DNA of 63,625 bases, counting the filler, from Octopus bimaculoides (Eukaryota), in assembly GCF_001194135.2 (NCBI RefSeq). It is 11 parts of 11 records of this genome, joined end to end, with 100 filler letters (N's around TTAATTAATTAA, not from the genome) between each part and the next. Parts side by side here need not be neighbours in the genome. Positions count along the whole stretch, not along the records: positions 47,792 to 55,951 come from NC_068987.1; positions 56,052 to 59,394 come from NW_026305339.1; positions 59,495 to 61,312 come from NC_068981.1; positions 61,413 to 63,625 come from NC_068985.1; 7 more parts are not named here. The stretch is one strand, 5' to 3'. The notes under the pieces were generated by a model. The model had not been told where the DNA came from and did no database searches. It saw nothing but the letters and a program-made list of their open reading frames with translations. This document shows positions 53,715 to 63,625 of this stretch, piece by piece (position 1 is the stretch's first letter; every line of letters starts with the position of its first letter). The translations under genes and the position numbers were made by a program.

Positions 53715-54180
53715 AACCGATTTATCAATCTCACAATGGTTTCAGATCGATTATACAAAGGCATATGACATGATTCCTCAATCCCAGATAATAGAATGTT
53801 TTGAGATGGTAAGAGAGATTGCAGAGACCATCAGAACGTTGATGGTTAAGATTAGCAGTGAATGGGTGAAAAAAAAAATAATAATACAAAATACAATATT
53901 AATTCGGAGAGTTAGGAAATATTAAGATCAATAGAAACAATTTGAGGGTGTCTGTTTTCTCAATGTATTATAAGCGATAACTTCGCCACTGCTAGAAAAA
54001 ATGATGATGGATAGATTTATAATTAAAGGCAGACATCATAAATCGCCTTGCATTGAGGGACTGACTCGAAAGTATTCCGTAAAAGAAAGATTTTACAGGA
54101 TTTTTAGTAGAAATTGTTTATTTTTTCAATGGAGACATCGGAATAGAATTTGGGCTTAAAATATGGAGGTTTAATTATAT
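53715..54180 (+). mobile_element. R4/Dong-like RT fragment
   Basis: LSISQWFQIDYTKAYDMIPQSQIIECFEMV and GDIGIEFGLK match the R4-clade motifs W.DY.KAYD.VPHSWI.ECL and DIGMEFG..KC. Confidence 0.65.
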
Positions 54181-54497
54181 AAAGACGAAATATAAGGGAA
54201 ATTAATGAGACACAATTAGCATGTGATAAAATTATCTGATATAGAGATACTAAAGACTATAAATGACCGAGTCATGATGATGATTATGATAATGAGGATG
54301 AGGATGATGATAATGACCATCATCATCGTCGTGGTCGTCGTTGTCATTTTTATCGTTATTGTTATCAACTGCAGCAGCAGAGGCAATTAGGCAACTCCAC
54401 TCTTAAGTTTCATAATAAATTGTGGTTCTGACCAACGATGAGATATGTTAAGGAAGCTATTAAAAAGTTAAAGAAGTTATTAAAAATTGAAACCCAT

Positions 54498-54524
54498 CAG
54501 TGACTTTTGGGACACCCTGTATAT
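54498..54524 (-). mobile_element. Solo Tc1-like TIR (TA-cagggtgtcccaaaagtc)
   Basis: Reverse complement matches the common Tc1 CAGGGTGTCCC terminus; partner not found. Confidence 0.4.
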
Positions 54525-55612
54525 ATAATTAATTTTATCAAAATTGAAACTGAAAGTTTGTCCCGCGACACGTTTTTCACGCTATTGTTTATGTCTGGAG
54601 AACAAATCGACGTGAGACCTGCTTCAATTTCAAGAAAATACCCATACGCTCCCCTCTCATTCATTCGGTATAAACCAACGTACCTACAGAGTGTGAGTGT
54701 GTGTGTACACAGGACAGTAAATGTGGTTACGGAGGTAACTAGATGTGGGCACTTATGCAAATAATGTCTTACTTTATTGTATGTTTTATTTTATTTTTCG
54801 CCTTATTTTTCTTAATTACTCCCTATCTTTGTCTATAAAGTCCCTCACCATTCCTGCCTGACGACTTAAACATACCGTCACTAACACTATGCAGTATTAA
54901 AAGCGAGCGAAACAGTTTATTTAACAAGATACCCCTTATAACATCGCCTGAGATGATGCCTCTGCATCGAGGCATGCACTACAACCAGTTATACAGTATC
55001 TGTTTGTGTGTGTGTATGTGTGTATGTGTGTGTGTATGTGTGTGTGTGTGTGTATGTGTTTGTGTGTGTGTGTGTGTGTGTGTAGCTGATCGTCGATGCC
55101 GTTGCACACTTTCAACTTCTGTTTCACACTGTCTCCGATTAATACTCTGCAGTTACTACACATGGAAGACAGATCCAGGGACAAATCAGATAGATGAAAA
55201 ACTGCATTTTCGGTGTTTAGTGAATGAATTTAAAACTGGTGATGGGCTGTCCTTTATTCTTCAGACAGTATCGTGCCCACAATTGTTAAACTAAAGCACA
55301 CTATTTATGCAATAAGTCTTTCAAGATCTTTTGCAGGTTTTGCACAGGTGGTGAGGATGGGCTTCAATAGATTTTTACTAAGTCTGAAAGGATGAAATGC
55401 AAAATCTACCTCGGTGTGATATGAATTCAATATGTCAACGATCGTAACTAAATACAGAAAGGCTCGACGCTCTAACGATTTTCCTTACCGTCTCTGTGTG
55501 TGTGTGTGTGCACATACAGATATACCTGCCTGCCTACCTACCTACTTACCTACCTACCTACTTACCTACCTACCTACCTACCTACCTACCTACCTACCTA
55601 CCTACCTACATG

Positions 55613-55644
<32 letters not shown>

Positions 55645-55767
55645 CACAATCTTATACACACACACACACGCACTCACACACGCACTCACACACATTTCGC
55701 TTAGGCATTTCTTTGCTTCCTTTGTCATCTCATTTTCCTATATATATGTGTGTGTGTGTGTGTGTAG

Positions 55768-55910
55768 CTGTGTCGTAAATAGCTTGTTTACCAACCACAT
55801 GGTTCCGAGTTCAATCCACTGCGTGGCACCTTGGGTGTCTTCTTCTATAGCCTCGAGCCGACCAAAGCATTGTGAGTGGATTTGGTTGACGGAAACTGAA
55901 AGAAGCCCGT

Positions 55911-55915
<5 letters not shown>
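55768..55915 (+). mobile_element. SINE family C 5' head running into (TA)n and a gap
   Basis: Matches 51258-51410. Confidence 0.85.
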
Positions 55916-55951
<36 letters not shown>

Positions 55952-56051
55952 NNNNNNNNNNNNNNNNNNNNNNNNNNNNNNNNNNNNNNNNNNNNTTAAT
56001 TAATTAANNNNNNNNNNNNNNNNNNNNNNNNNNNNNNNNNNNNNNNNNNNN

Positions 56052-59000
56052 GCATTCGTACGTACGTTCCTACGTTCGTTCGATCGATCGTGCGTTCGTA
56101 CATGCTTACGTTCGTTATGTCACTCGTACGAACGTACGTTCCTTCGTACGTACATAAGTTCATTCGTTAATTCGTTCGTTTGCTTGCTCCTTCATTTCGT
56201 TCGTTCGTTCGTTCGTACATACGTTCATTCGCTCGTACGTAGATACTTTCGTTCGTTTATTCTTTCGTCCGTCCGTCCGTAATTTCGTTCGTTCTTTCGT
56301 CAGTACGTATTTACGTACGTTCGTTTCCTCGTTTGTTCGTTCGTACCTACGTACATACTTACATTCGTTCTTTCCTTCAATCGTTCTTTCTCTTGTTTGT
56401 TTGATCGTTCGTCCATTGGTCCGGTCGTACGTACGTACATTCGTTCGTTCTTTCGTTGGATCGTTCGTTCATTCGTACGTACGTATATACGTTGGTTCTT
56501 TGGACGTACGTTCGTTTGTTCCTTTGTGCATTCGTACGTACGTACGTTAGTTCATTCATTCGTTCGTCCGTCCGTTCGGTCGTTCGTTAGTTATTTAATT
56601 CGTACGAACGTACGTTCCTACGGTCGCACTTGCGTTCGTTTGTTCTTTCGATCGTAAATACGTAATTACGTACGTACCATATTTTGTTCGTTCGGACGTA
56701 CATACGTAAGTTCATTCTTTAGTTCGTTCGTTCTTACGTTCGCTTGCTCCTTCATTTCGTTCGTTCGTACATTCATTCTCTCGTTCGTAAGTACGGATGT
56801 ACGTAGATGCTTTCGTTCGTTTATTCTGGCGTCCGTCCGTCCGTTCGATCGTTCGTTCTTTCGTACGTACGTTCGTTTCCTCGTTCGTTCTTTCGTTCGT
56901 ATCTACGTACATTCGTTCGTTCGTTCCTTCAATCGTTCTTTCTTTTGTTTGTTCGATCGTTCGTTCTTACGCACGTTCGTTTGTTCTTTGGATCTTTCGT
57001 TCATTCGTACGTACGTAGGTACGTTCGTTCGTTCGTACTTACGTATGTTCATTCGTACGTACATACGTACGTATATACGTTGGTTCGTTTGAACGTACGT
57101 TCGTTTGTTCTTTTGTGCATTCGTACGTACGTTCCTACGTTCGTTCGATCGATCGTGCGTTCGTGCTTACGTACGTACGCACGTCCGTTCGTTATTTCAC
57201 TCGTACGAACGTACGTTCCTACGGTCGCAGTTGCGTTCGTTCGTCCGATCGTAAATACGTATGTACGATATTTCGTTCCTTCGTACGTACATACGTACGT
57301 ACGTTCATTCGTTTGCTTGCTCCTTCATTTTGTTCCTTCGTTCGTACTATCGTTCGTTCGTACGTAGATGCTTTCGTTCGTTTATTCTTTCGTCCGTCCG
57401 TACTTTCGTCAGTACGTACTTACGTACGTTTGTTTGTCTGATCTTCGTCCATTGGTCCGGTCGTACGTACTTTTTTGTGCATTCGTTCGTTCTTTCGTTG
57501 AATCGTTCGTTCATTCGTACGTACGTATATACGTTGGTTCTTTTGTACGTACGTTCGTTGTATCGTTCGTTTGTTCCTTTGTGCATTCGTACGTACGTAC
57601 GTTAGTTCATTCGTTCGTACGTGCGTTCGTTAGTTATTTAATTCGTACGAATGTACGTTCCTACGGTCGCACTTGCGTTCGTACGTACTTTCGTTTGTTC
57701 GTTCGATCGTAAATACGTAATTACATACGTACGATATTTCGTTCGTTCGTACGTACGTAAGTTCATTCGTTAGTTCGGTCGTACGTACGTTCGTACATAC
57801 CTATATACGTTCATTCGCTCGTTCGTACGTACGGAGTTACGTAGATGCTTTCGTTCGTCCGTCCCTACGCACGTACGTTCGTTCATTCGTACGTTCGTTC
57901 ATTCGTACGTACTTACTTACGTTCGTGTCCTCGTTTGTTCGTACCTACGTACATACTTACATTTGTTTGTTCCTTCAATCGTTCTATCTTTTGTTTGTTC
58001 GATCGTTCGTTCATTGGTCCGTTCGTACGTACGTACGTATGTTCGTTTGTTCTTTCGTCCATTCGTTCGTTCGTACGTACTTACATTCGTTCGTGCGTAC
58101 GTACTTACGTTCGTTCATTCGTACACACCTACGTATGTACTACTTTCGTTCCTTCGTTCGTAAGTACATATGTAAGTACGTTCGTTCGTTCGTTTACTCG
58201 TTCGTTCCTTCGTTCTTTCATTCGTACCTACATACATACTTGCATTCGTTCGTTCTTTCTTTTGTTTGTTCGATCGTTCGTTCATACGTACGTTCGTTAG
58301 TTTTTACGTACGTTTGTTCGTTCTTACGTTCGCTTGCTCCTTCATTTCGTTCGTTCGTACTTACGTACATACGTTCATTCGCTCGTACGTACGGAGGTGC
58401 GTAGATACTTTCGTTCGTTTATTCTTTCGTCCGTCCGTCCGTACGCACGTTCGTTCTATCGAACGTACGTTCGTACCTACGTACATTCGTTCGTTCCTTC
58501 AATCGTTCTTTCTTTTGTTTGTTCGATTTTTCGTTCATGGGTCCGTTCGTTCTTTCGTGCGTTCGTACTTACGTCCGTTCGTTTGTTAGTTTGTTCGTTC
58601 GTTCGTACTTACGTTCCTACGTTCATTCGTACGTACTTACGTACGTACATACATATGTACGTTCGTTCATACCTACGTATGTACTACGTTCGTTCGATCG
58701 TACGTATGTACGTACGTTCGTTTGTTATTTCGTTCGATCGTACATACGTAATAACGTAGGTACGTTCTTTCCTTCGTTCGTACGTACGTTTGTGCATTCG
58801 TTAGTTCGTTCGTACCTTCGTAACTACATACGTTCATTCGTTCGTACGTTCGCTCGTAAGGACGATCGTTGGTTCGCACATTCGCAGGTACGTTCATTCG
58901 CTCGTTCGTTCGTACGTACGGACGTATGTAGATGCTTTCGTTCGTTTATTCGTTCGTCCGTGCATACGTTCGTTCGTTCTTTCGAACCTACGTACTTTTG

Positions 59001-59340
59001 TACTTTCGTTCGTTCTTTCATTCGTACCTACGTACATACTTGCGTTCGTTCGTTCTTTCATTCGTTCTTTCTTTTGTTTGTGCGTTCATTCGTTCATTGG
59101 TTCGTTCCTACATACGTACTAACATTCGTTCGTTAGTCATTCATTCGTTCTTACGTACATTCGTTCGTTCTTACGTTCGCCCTTTCGTACGGACGTACTT
59201 CCGAACGTACATCCATACGTACGTTTGCTCGCTCTTTCTTTCGTGCCTACGTACGTACGTTCGTTCATTCGCACGTATGTACGTTCGTTTGATCATTCGT
59301 ACGTACGTACTTAGGTACGTACGTACATGCGTTCGTTCGA
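56052..59340. repeat. CpG-rich complex satellite built from (TTCG)n/(TACG)n with ~480-565 bp higher-order units
   Basis: Marker gtagat(g/a)ctttcgttcgt recurs at ~56239, 56803, 57364, 57841, 58401 and 58928. Confidence 0.9.
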
Positions 59341-59494
59341 GCTTATAAATAAATAAATAAATAAATAAATATATAAATAAATAAATATATATATNNNNNN
59401 NNNNNNNNNNNNNNNNNNNNNNNNNNNNNNNNNNNNNNTTAATTAATTAANNNNNNNNNNNNNNNNNNNNNNNNNNNNNNNNNNNNNNNNNNNN

Positions 59495-59750
59495 TTAGCT
59501 CTCCTGAAATAAGAATTTCTAACTTCCGGTCAGCTATTGTTATGATCGGCCATTATTATGATTGACCGTTGACTGAACACTATTCAATTTTTTTCTCCGT
59601 GTTTTTCTCCTTGTCTCCGTATTCTTTCTGTTGAAGAGCGTAGCTCGAAACGTCAAAGACTTTCCGTATTCCCGAGCGTCATACTAATATATACTTTTGT
59701 TATTTACACCACCTGTCCTCGTCTGTTGTTATTATTTGTATATTCTCCCA
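59495..59750 (+). mobile_element. Family F element (hammerhead-like motif at 59623-59659)
   Basis: UCUUU-CUGUUGA-A-GAGC-GUA-GCUC-GAAA-CGUC-AAAGA; colinear homology with 62905-63095. Confidence 0.7.
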
Positions 59751-59785
<35 letters not shown>

Positions 59786-59789
59786 ATAT

Positions 59790-59995
59790 GTTTGCGTGTC
59801 TGTGTTTGTCCCCCCCAACCTCACTTGACAACCGATGATGGTATGTTTACGTCCCATAATGTAGCGGTTCAGCAAAAGAGACCGATAGAATAAGTACTAG
59901 GCTTACAAAGAATAAGTCCTGGGGTCGATTTGCTCGACTAAAGGCGATGCTCCAGCATGGTCACAGTCAAATGACTGAAACAAGTAAAAGAGTAA
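59790..59995 (+). mobile_element. SINE family C 3' tail
   Basis: Matches 51458-51620. Confidence 0.85.
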
Positions 59996-60377
59996 TCTGA
60001 ATAAAAACAGCAGTGACCTGGGCAACGGTGGGTAATTCAGCGAGTTTATTCATAAAGGTCTTGATGAAATGACTATGAATTTTTATTGTGAATGTTATGT
60101 AGTCATTGTTCATATTCATATTTTCCAACTTGTTAAATGATTCATTACCCATATGTTGCTGAAATAGTTGTAACCAATGAATAAAAGTGATACCAGTACC
60201 TTGATTCTCCATTTGTTATTTTATACTCTGTGACCAAACGAAACTTCCCAGATTTCCAGTTTGTGTGAACCACATACTTCCACTGAAAGATTGTTCCTCT
60301 CTATACATTCTGTTAGGAAGGATTTGAAGAGCTGACTGAGATAACCACTTGAATTTTTAGTTTCCCTTTCAAGGCCA

Positions 60378-60470
60378 CTGCTCTATTGACTCCTCCGCTG
60401 CTCTATTGACTCCTCTGCTGCTCTATTGACTCCTCTGCTGCTCTATTGACTCCTCCGCTGCTCTATTGAC
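60378..60470. repeat. 20-bp minisatellite (ctgctctattgactcctcYg) x ~4.6
   Basis: Direct tandem units. Confidence 0.95.
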
Positions 60471-61685
60471 CCAAGTACCAGTTGCCAAGGATTACCCAAA
60501 GTGGAGGCATGTTATCATCAAGAGAAACAAACCAGACAGAAAATAACAGACGTCAAGGGGCGGAGATCTGACATTGAACATGCAAAGAGCAACTCACACT
60601 TCCTCATTCCCCACAAACCCTCTCCGGTAATAAATCCTCCCTCTAGCTCTTCTATACCACCCTTGGCCTGAACAGCCACAAAGTTGCTAAATTAACTCAA
60701 AGCCCGAGAGTTTTGTGTCTGATATATGCTATGAACAAACTGTATGATGATGATAATATGTATATAAGATGCAAGACAAATTTTAAAAAAAAGCTAAGTA
60801 ATATTATTCTACTTCTAAGTAGGTATTTATAAAATGTATTTATAAATATTTAGAATCATAACTGTAAATATTTTAAAAAAAGGCTTTAATTTATAAATTC
60901 TCAGAAAGTTTTCATATCAGACCTTCTGCTCACTGTTATCAATTGGTATGATTCAAAACAGAGCTGAATACATTATGGCTTAGGTAATCTGCATAAATGA
61001 AGTGCAAATGAACTAAGTGAAATAACTCAGAGTGAAACATAGAAACATCTATCCACAGCTGTCCTCTTGTCTTCAGACAATCAGATTGTCTTTTCCTTAA
61101 TGGCAGAGGAATTTTGGAGAATTTTTGATTTGTGAGTTTATCTTCCCTTCTCATTTAGAATTGGTACTAATTGCCACTATAGTGACTGGTCTGGCATTTC
61201 TGAAAGCAACAGAAATAATTTCAATAAATCAAGGATTTTTCTTGTGTGTTATTTAATGTGGCCTTATTGTTTTGTATACATACATTTCATCATCATCATC
61301 GTCACCACCACCNNNNNNNNNNNNNNNNNNNNNNNNNNNNNNNNNNNNNNNNNNNNTTAATTAATTAANNNNNNNNNNNNNNNNNNNNNNNNNNNNNNNN
61401 NNNNNNNNNNNNTATATATATATATATATATATATATATCATGATAGAAACTCTCATATTGGCTTTTGGTGCAAAATGCAGTTTTGTTTATATTGTTAAC
61501 AGGGAGATAAATCGCCGTCATATCCAGCGCCGAGACCACCGAATCACCTGATTTCGACCTTCCTTGGTCTTGTCAATGATGGACGCTCGACTGCTAGCTA
61601 TAGCAGCATCTCATCTTTCCGCCAGCGATATTTAGAAAAACAGTGCTAAAACAGGCGCTGGTGTTACAGTTAGCCAATGTTAAAA

Positions 61686-61910
61686 ATATATATTAGCGAC
61701 AGAAGCAGTATCAATACCGAGAGGTAATATTTATCCCCAATTAAACATGAAAGTTCTGTTAGAACGAACTGTGGTAGATACCATATATAACATGAAAGTT
61801 TCCCTCGTGGTATCTACCACAGTATAGTTTGTTTTAGAATGACATCCACGTTTAACTGGGGATAAATATTGCTTCTCGATATTAATATTGCCTCCGTCGC
61901 TAATATATAT
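61686..61910. repeat. Nested fold-back element (64-bp outer arms, 15-bp perfect inner arms), MITE-like
   Basis: Arms 61686-61749 and 61847-61910 (9 transition mismatches, no indels); inner arms 61769-61783 and 61808-61822. Confidence 0.88.
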
Positions 61911-61952
61911 ATATATATATATAAACAAATTTAAGGGATCAGCAACAGGTTG

Positions 61953-62043
61953 CTTCACCACATACCGAAGTTCAGAAATAGCAGCTAAAATGATGAGACT
62001 CCAACAGATAGCTGCTATTTCTGAACTTCGGTATGTGGTGAAG
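61953..62043. repeat. Perfect 35-bp inverted repeat with 21-nt loop, abutting a gap
   Basis: cttcaccacataccgaagttcagaaatagcagcta and its exact reverse complement at 62009-62043. Confidence 0.85.
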
Positions 62044-62904
62044 NNNNNNNNNNNNNNNNNNNNNNNNNNNNNNNNNNNNNNNNNNNNNNNNNNNNNNNNN
62101 NNNNNNNNNNNNNNNNNNNNNNNNNNNNNNNNNNNNNNNNNNNNNNNNNNNNNNNNNNNNNNNNNNNNNNNNNNNNNNNNNNNNNNNNNNNNNNNNNNNN
62201 NNNNNNNNNNNNNNNNNNNNNNNNNNNNNNNNNNNNNNNNNNNNNNNNNNNNNNNNNNNNNNNNNNNNNNNNNNNNNNNNNNNNNNNNNNNNNNNNNNNN
62301 NNNNNNNNNNNNNNNNNNNNNNNNNNNNNNNNNNNNNNNNNNNNNNNNNNNNNNNNNNNNNNNNNNNNNNNNNNNNNNNNNNNNNNNNNNNNNNNNNNNN
62401 NNNNNNNNNNNNNNNNNNNNNNNNNNNNNNNNNNNNNNNNNNNNNNNNNNNNNNNNNNNNNNNNNNNNNNNNNNNNNNNNNNNNNNNNNNNNNNNNNNNN
62501 NNNNNNNNNNNNNNNNNNNNNNNNNNNNNNNNNNNNNNNNNNNNNNNNNNNNNNNNNNNNNNNNNNNNNNNNNNNNNNNNNNNNNNNNNNNNNNNNNNNN
62601 NNNNNNNNNNNNNNNNNNNNNNNNNNNNNNNNNNNNNNNNNNNNNNNNNNNNNNNNNNNNNNNNNNNNNNNNNNNNNNNNNNNNNNNNNNNNNNNNNNNN
62701 NNNNNNNNNNNNNNNNNNNNNNNNNNNNNNNNNNNNNNNNNNNNNNNNNNNNNNNNNNNNNNNNNNNNNNNNNNNNNNNNNNNNNNNNNNNNNNNNNNNN
62801 NNNNNNNNNNNNNNNNNNNNNNNNNNNNNNNNNNNNNNNNNNNNNNNNNNNNNNNNNNNNNNNNNNNNNNNNNNNNNNNNNNNNNNNNATATATATATAT
62901 ATAT

Positions 62905-63095
62905 ATCGCCCTGATAGATCGCTGACCACTACACACATTTTTTTCTCGCCTTGTTTCTTTCTGTGTTCCTTTCTGTGGAAGAGCGTAGGCTCGAAACGTT
63001 AAAGACATTTTCAATTCCCGAGCGTTATACTAATACATCTGTTTGTTTTCTACACCATCTGTGTTCGTCTGTTGCTTTTTGTGAATTCTCCCTAT
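62905..63095 (+). mobile_element. Family F element (hammerhead-like motif at 62969-63004), flanked by (TA)n on both sides
   Basis: CUUU-CUGUGGA-A-GAGC-GUAG-GCUC-GAAA-CGUU-AAAG. Confidence 0.7.
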
Positions 63096-63109
63096 ATATA
63101 TAGATATAT

Positions 63110-63270
63110 ACGACAGGCTTCTTGCAATTTCTGTCTACTAAATCCATTCACAAGGCTTTGGTCGGCCTGAGGCTATAGTAGAAGACACTAGCCCAAGGTG
63201 CCACGCAATGCGACTGAACCCGTAACCACGTGGTTGCGAAACAAGTTTCTTACCACACAGCCACGCCTAC
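63110..63270 (-). mobile_element. SINE family C 5' head
   Basis: Reverse-complement match to 51258-51410. Confidence 0.85.
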
Positions 63271-63574
63271 GCCTATATGTATGAATGAATGTATGTATGT
63301 ATGCATGCATGCATCTATGTATGTATGTATGTATGTATGTATGTATGTACGTATAGATTCGTACGTGTGTATACTTCAAATGGCAAACAGTTATCTCTCT
63401 AACAGACAGTAATCTTACTGATATGACTGTATGAACATCAATTAATATATGACTGATATTGAATAGCTGTAGGGACTAATTAAAATGTCATTAGATATTT
63501 GTAAGGGTGCATGTGTGAGTGTTTATGTGGATATCCGACTACGTAATTAGAAATACGCGTGTGCGTATATATAC

Positions 63575-63625
<51 letters not shown>

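Noticed and set aside
55150-55294. Possible exon after ctctgcag (YYTWKTDPGTNQIDEKLHFRCL...)
   Set aside because: No convincing donor site or recognisable homology.
56052-59340. CRISPR-like or coding (RSFV-repeat ORF) interpretation of the periodic array
   Set aside because: No unique spacers or constant repeat, eukaryotic context; the ORFs result from tetranucleotide repeats lacking stops.
59967-60212. 81-aa minus-strand ORF MENQGTGITF...
   Set aside because: No recognisable domain; its end overlaps a SINE tail; length compatible with chance.

Overview
Repeat-saturated, AT-rich animal genomic DNA. The microsatellite load, the tRNA-derived SINE families and the TTAATTAATTAA-filled scaffold gaps suggest an octopus (cephalopod) draft assembly; this is an inference. 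I could not support any intact host protein-coding gene, and almost all ORFs in the supplied track are microsatellite or gap artefacts. The real coding-derived content is decayed mobile DNA: a near full-length Penelope-like element (RT plus C-terminal GIY-YIG) at 22.3-25.0 kb, a DD34D mariner at 26.4-27.7 kb, and fragments of HERO-like, R4/Dong-like, RTE, CR1/L2-like, Gypsy and further Penelope-like elements. At least five short interspersed families (labelled A-E here) are also present. The most interesting signals are non-coding: (1) a canonical type-I hammerhead ribozyme just 3' of the Penelope ORF; (2) a separate dispersed family F carrying a minimal hammerhead-like fold with covarying stems, one copy of which sits inside the (TA)n core of a bipartite SINE; (3) a ~3.3 kb CpG-dense (TTCG/TACG)n satellite with ~0.5 kb higher-order periodicity; (4) several long fold-back hairpins whose arm mismatches are all transitions.
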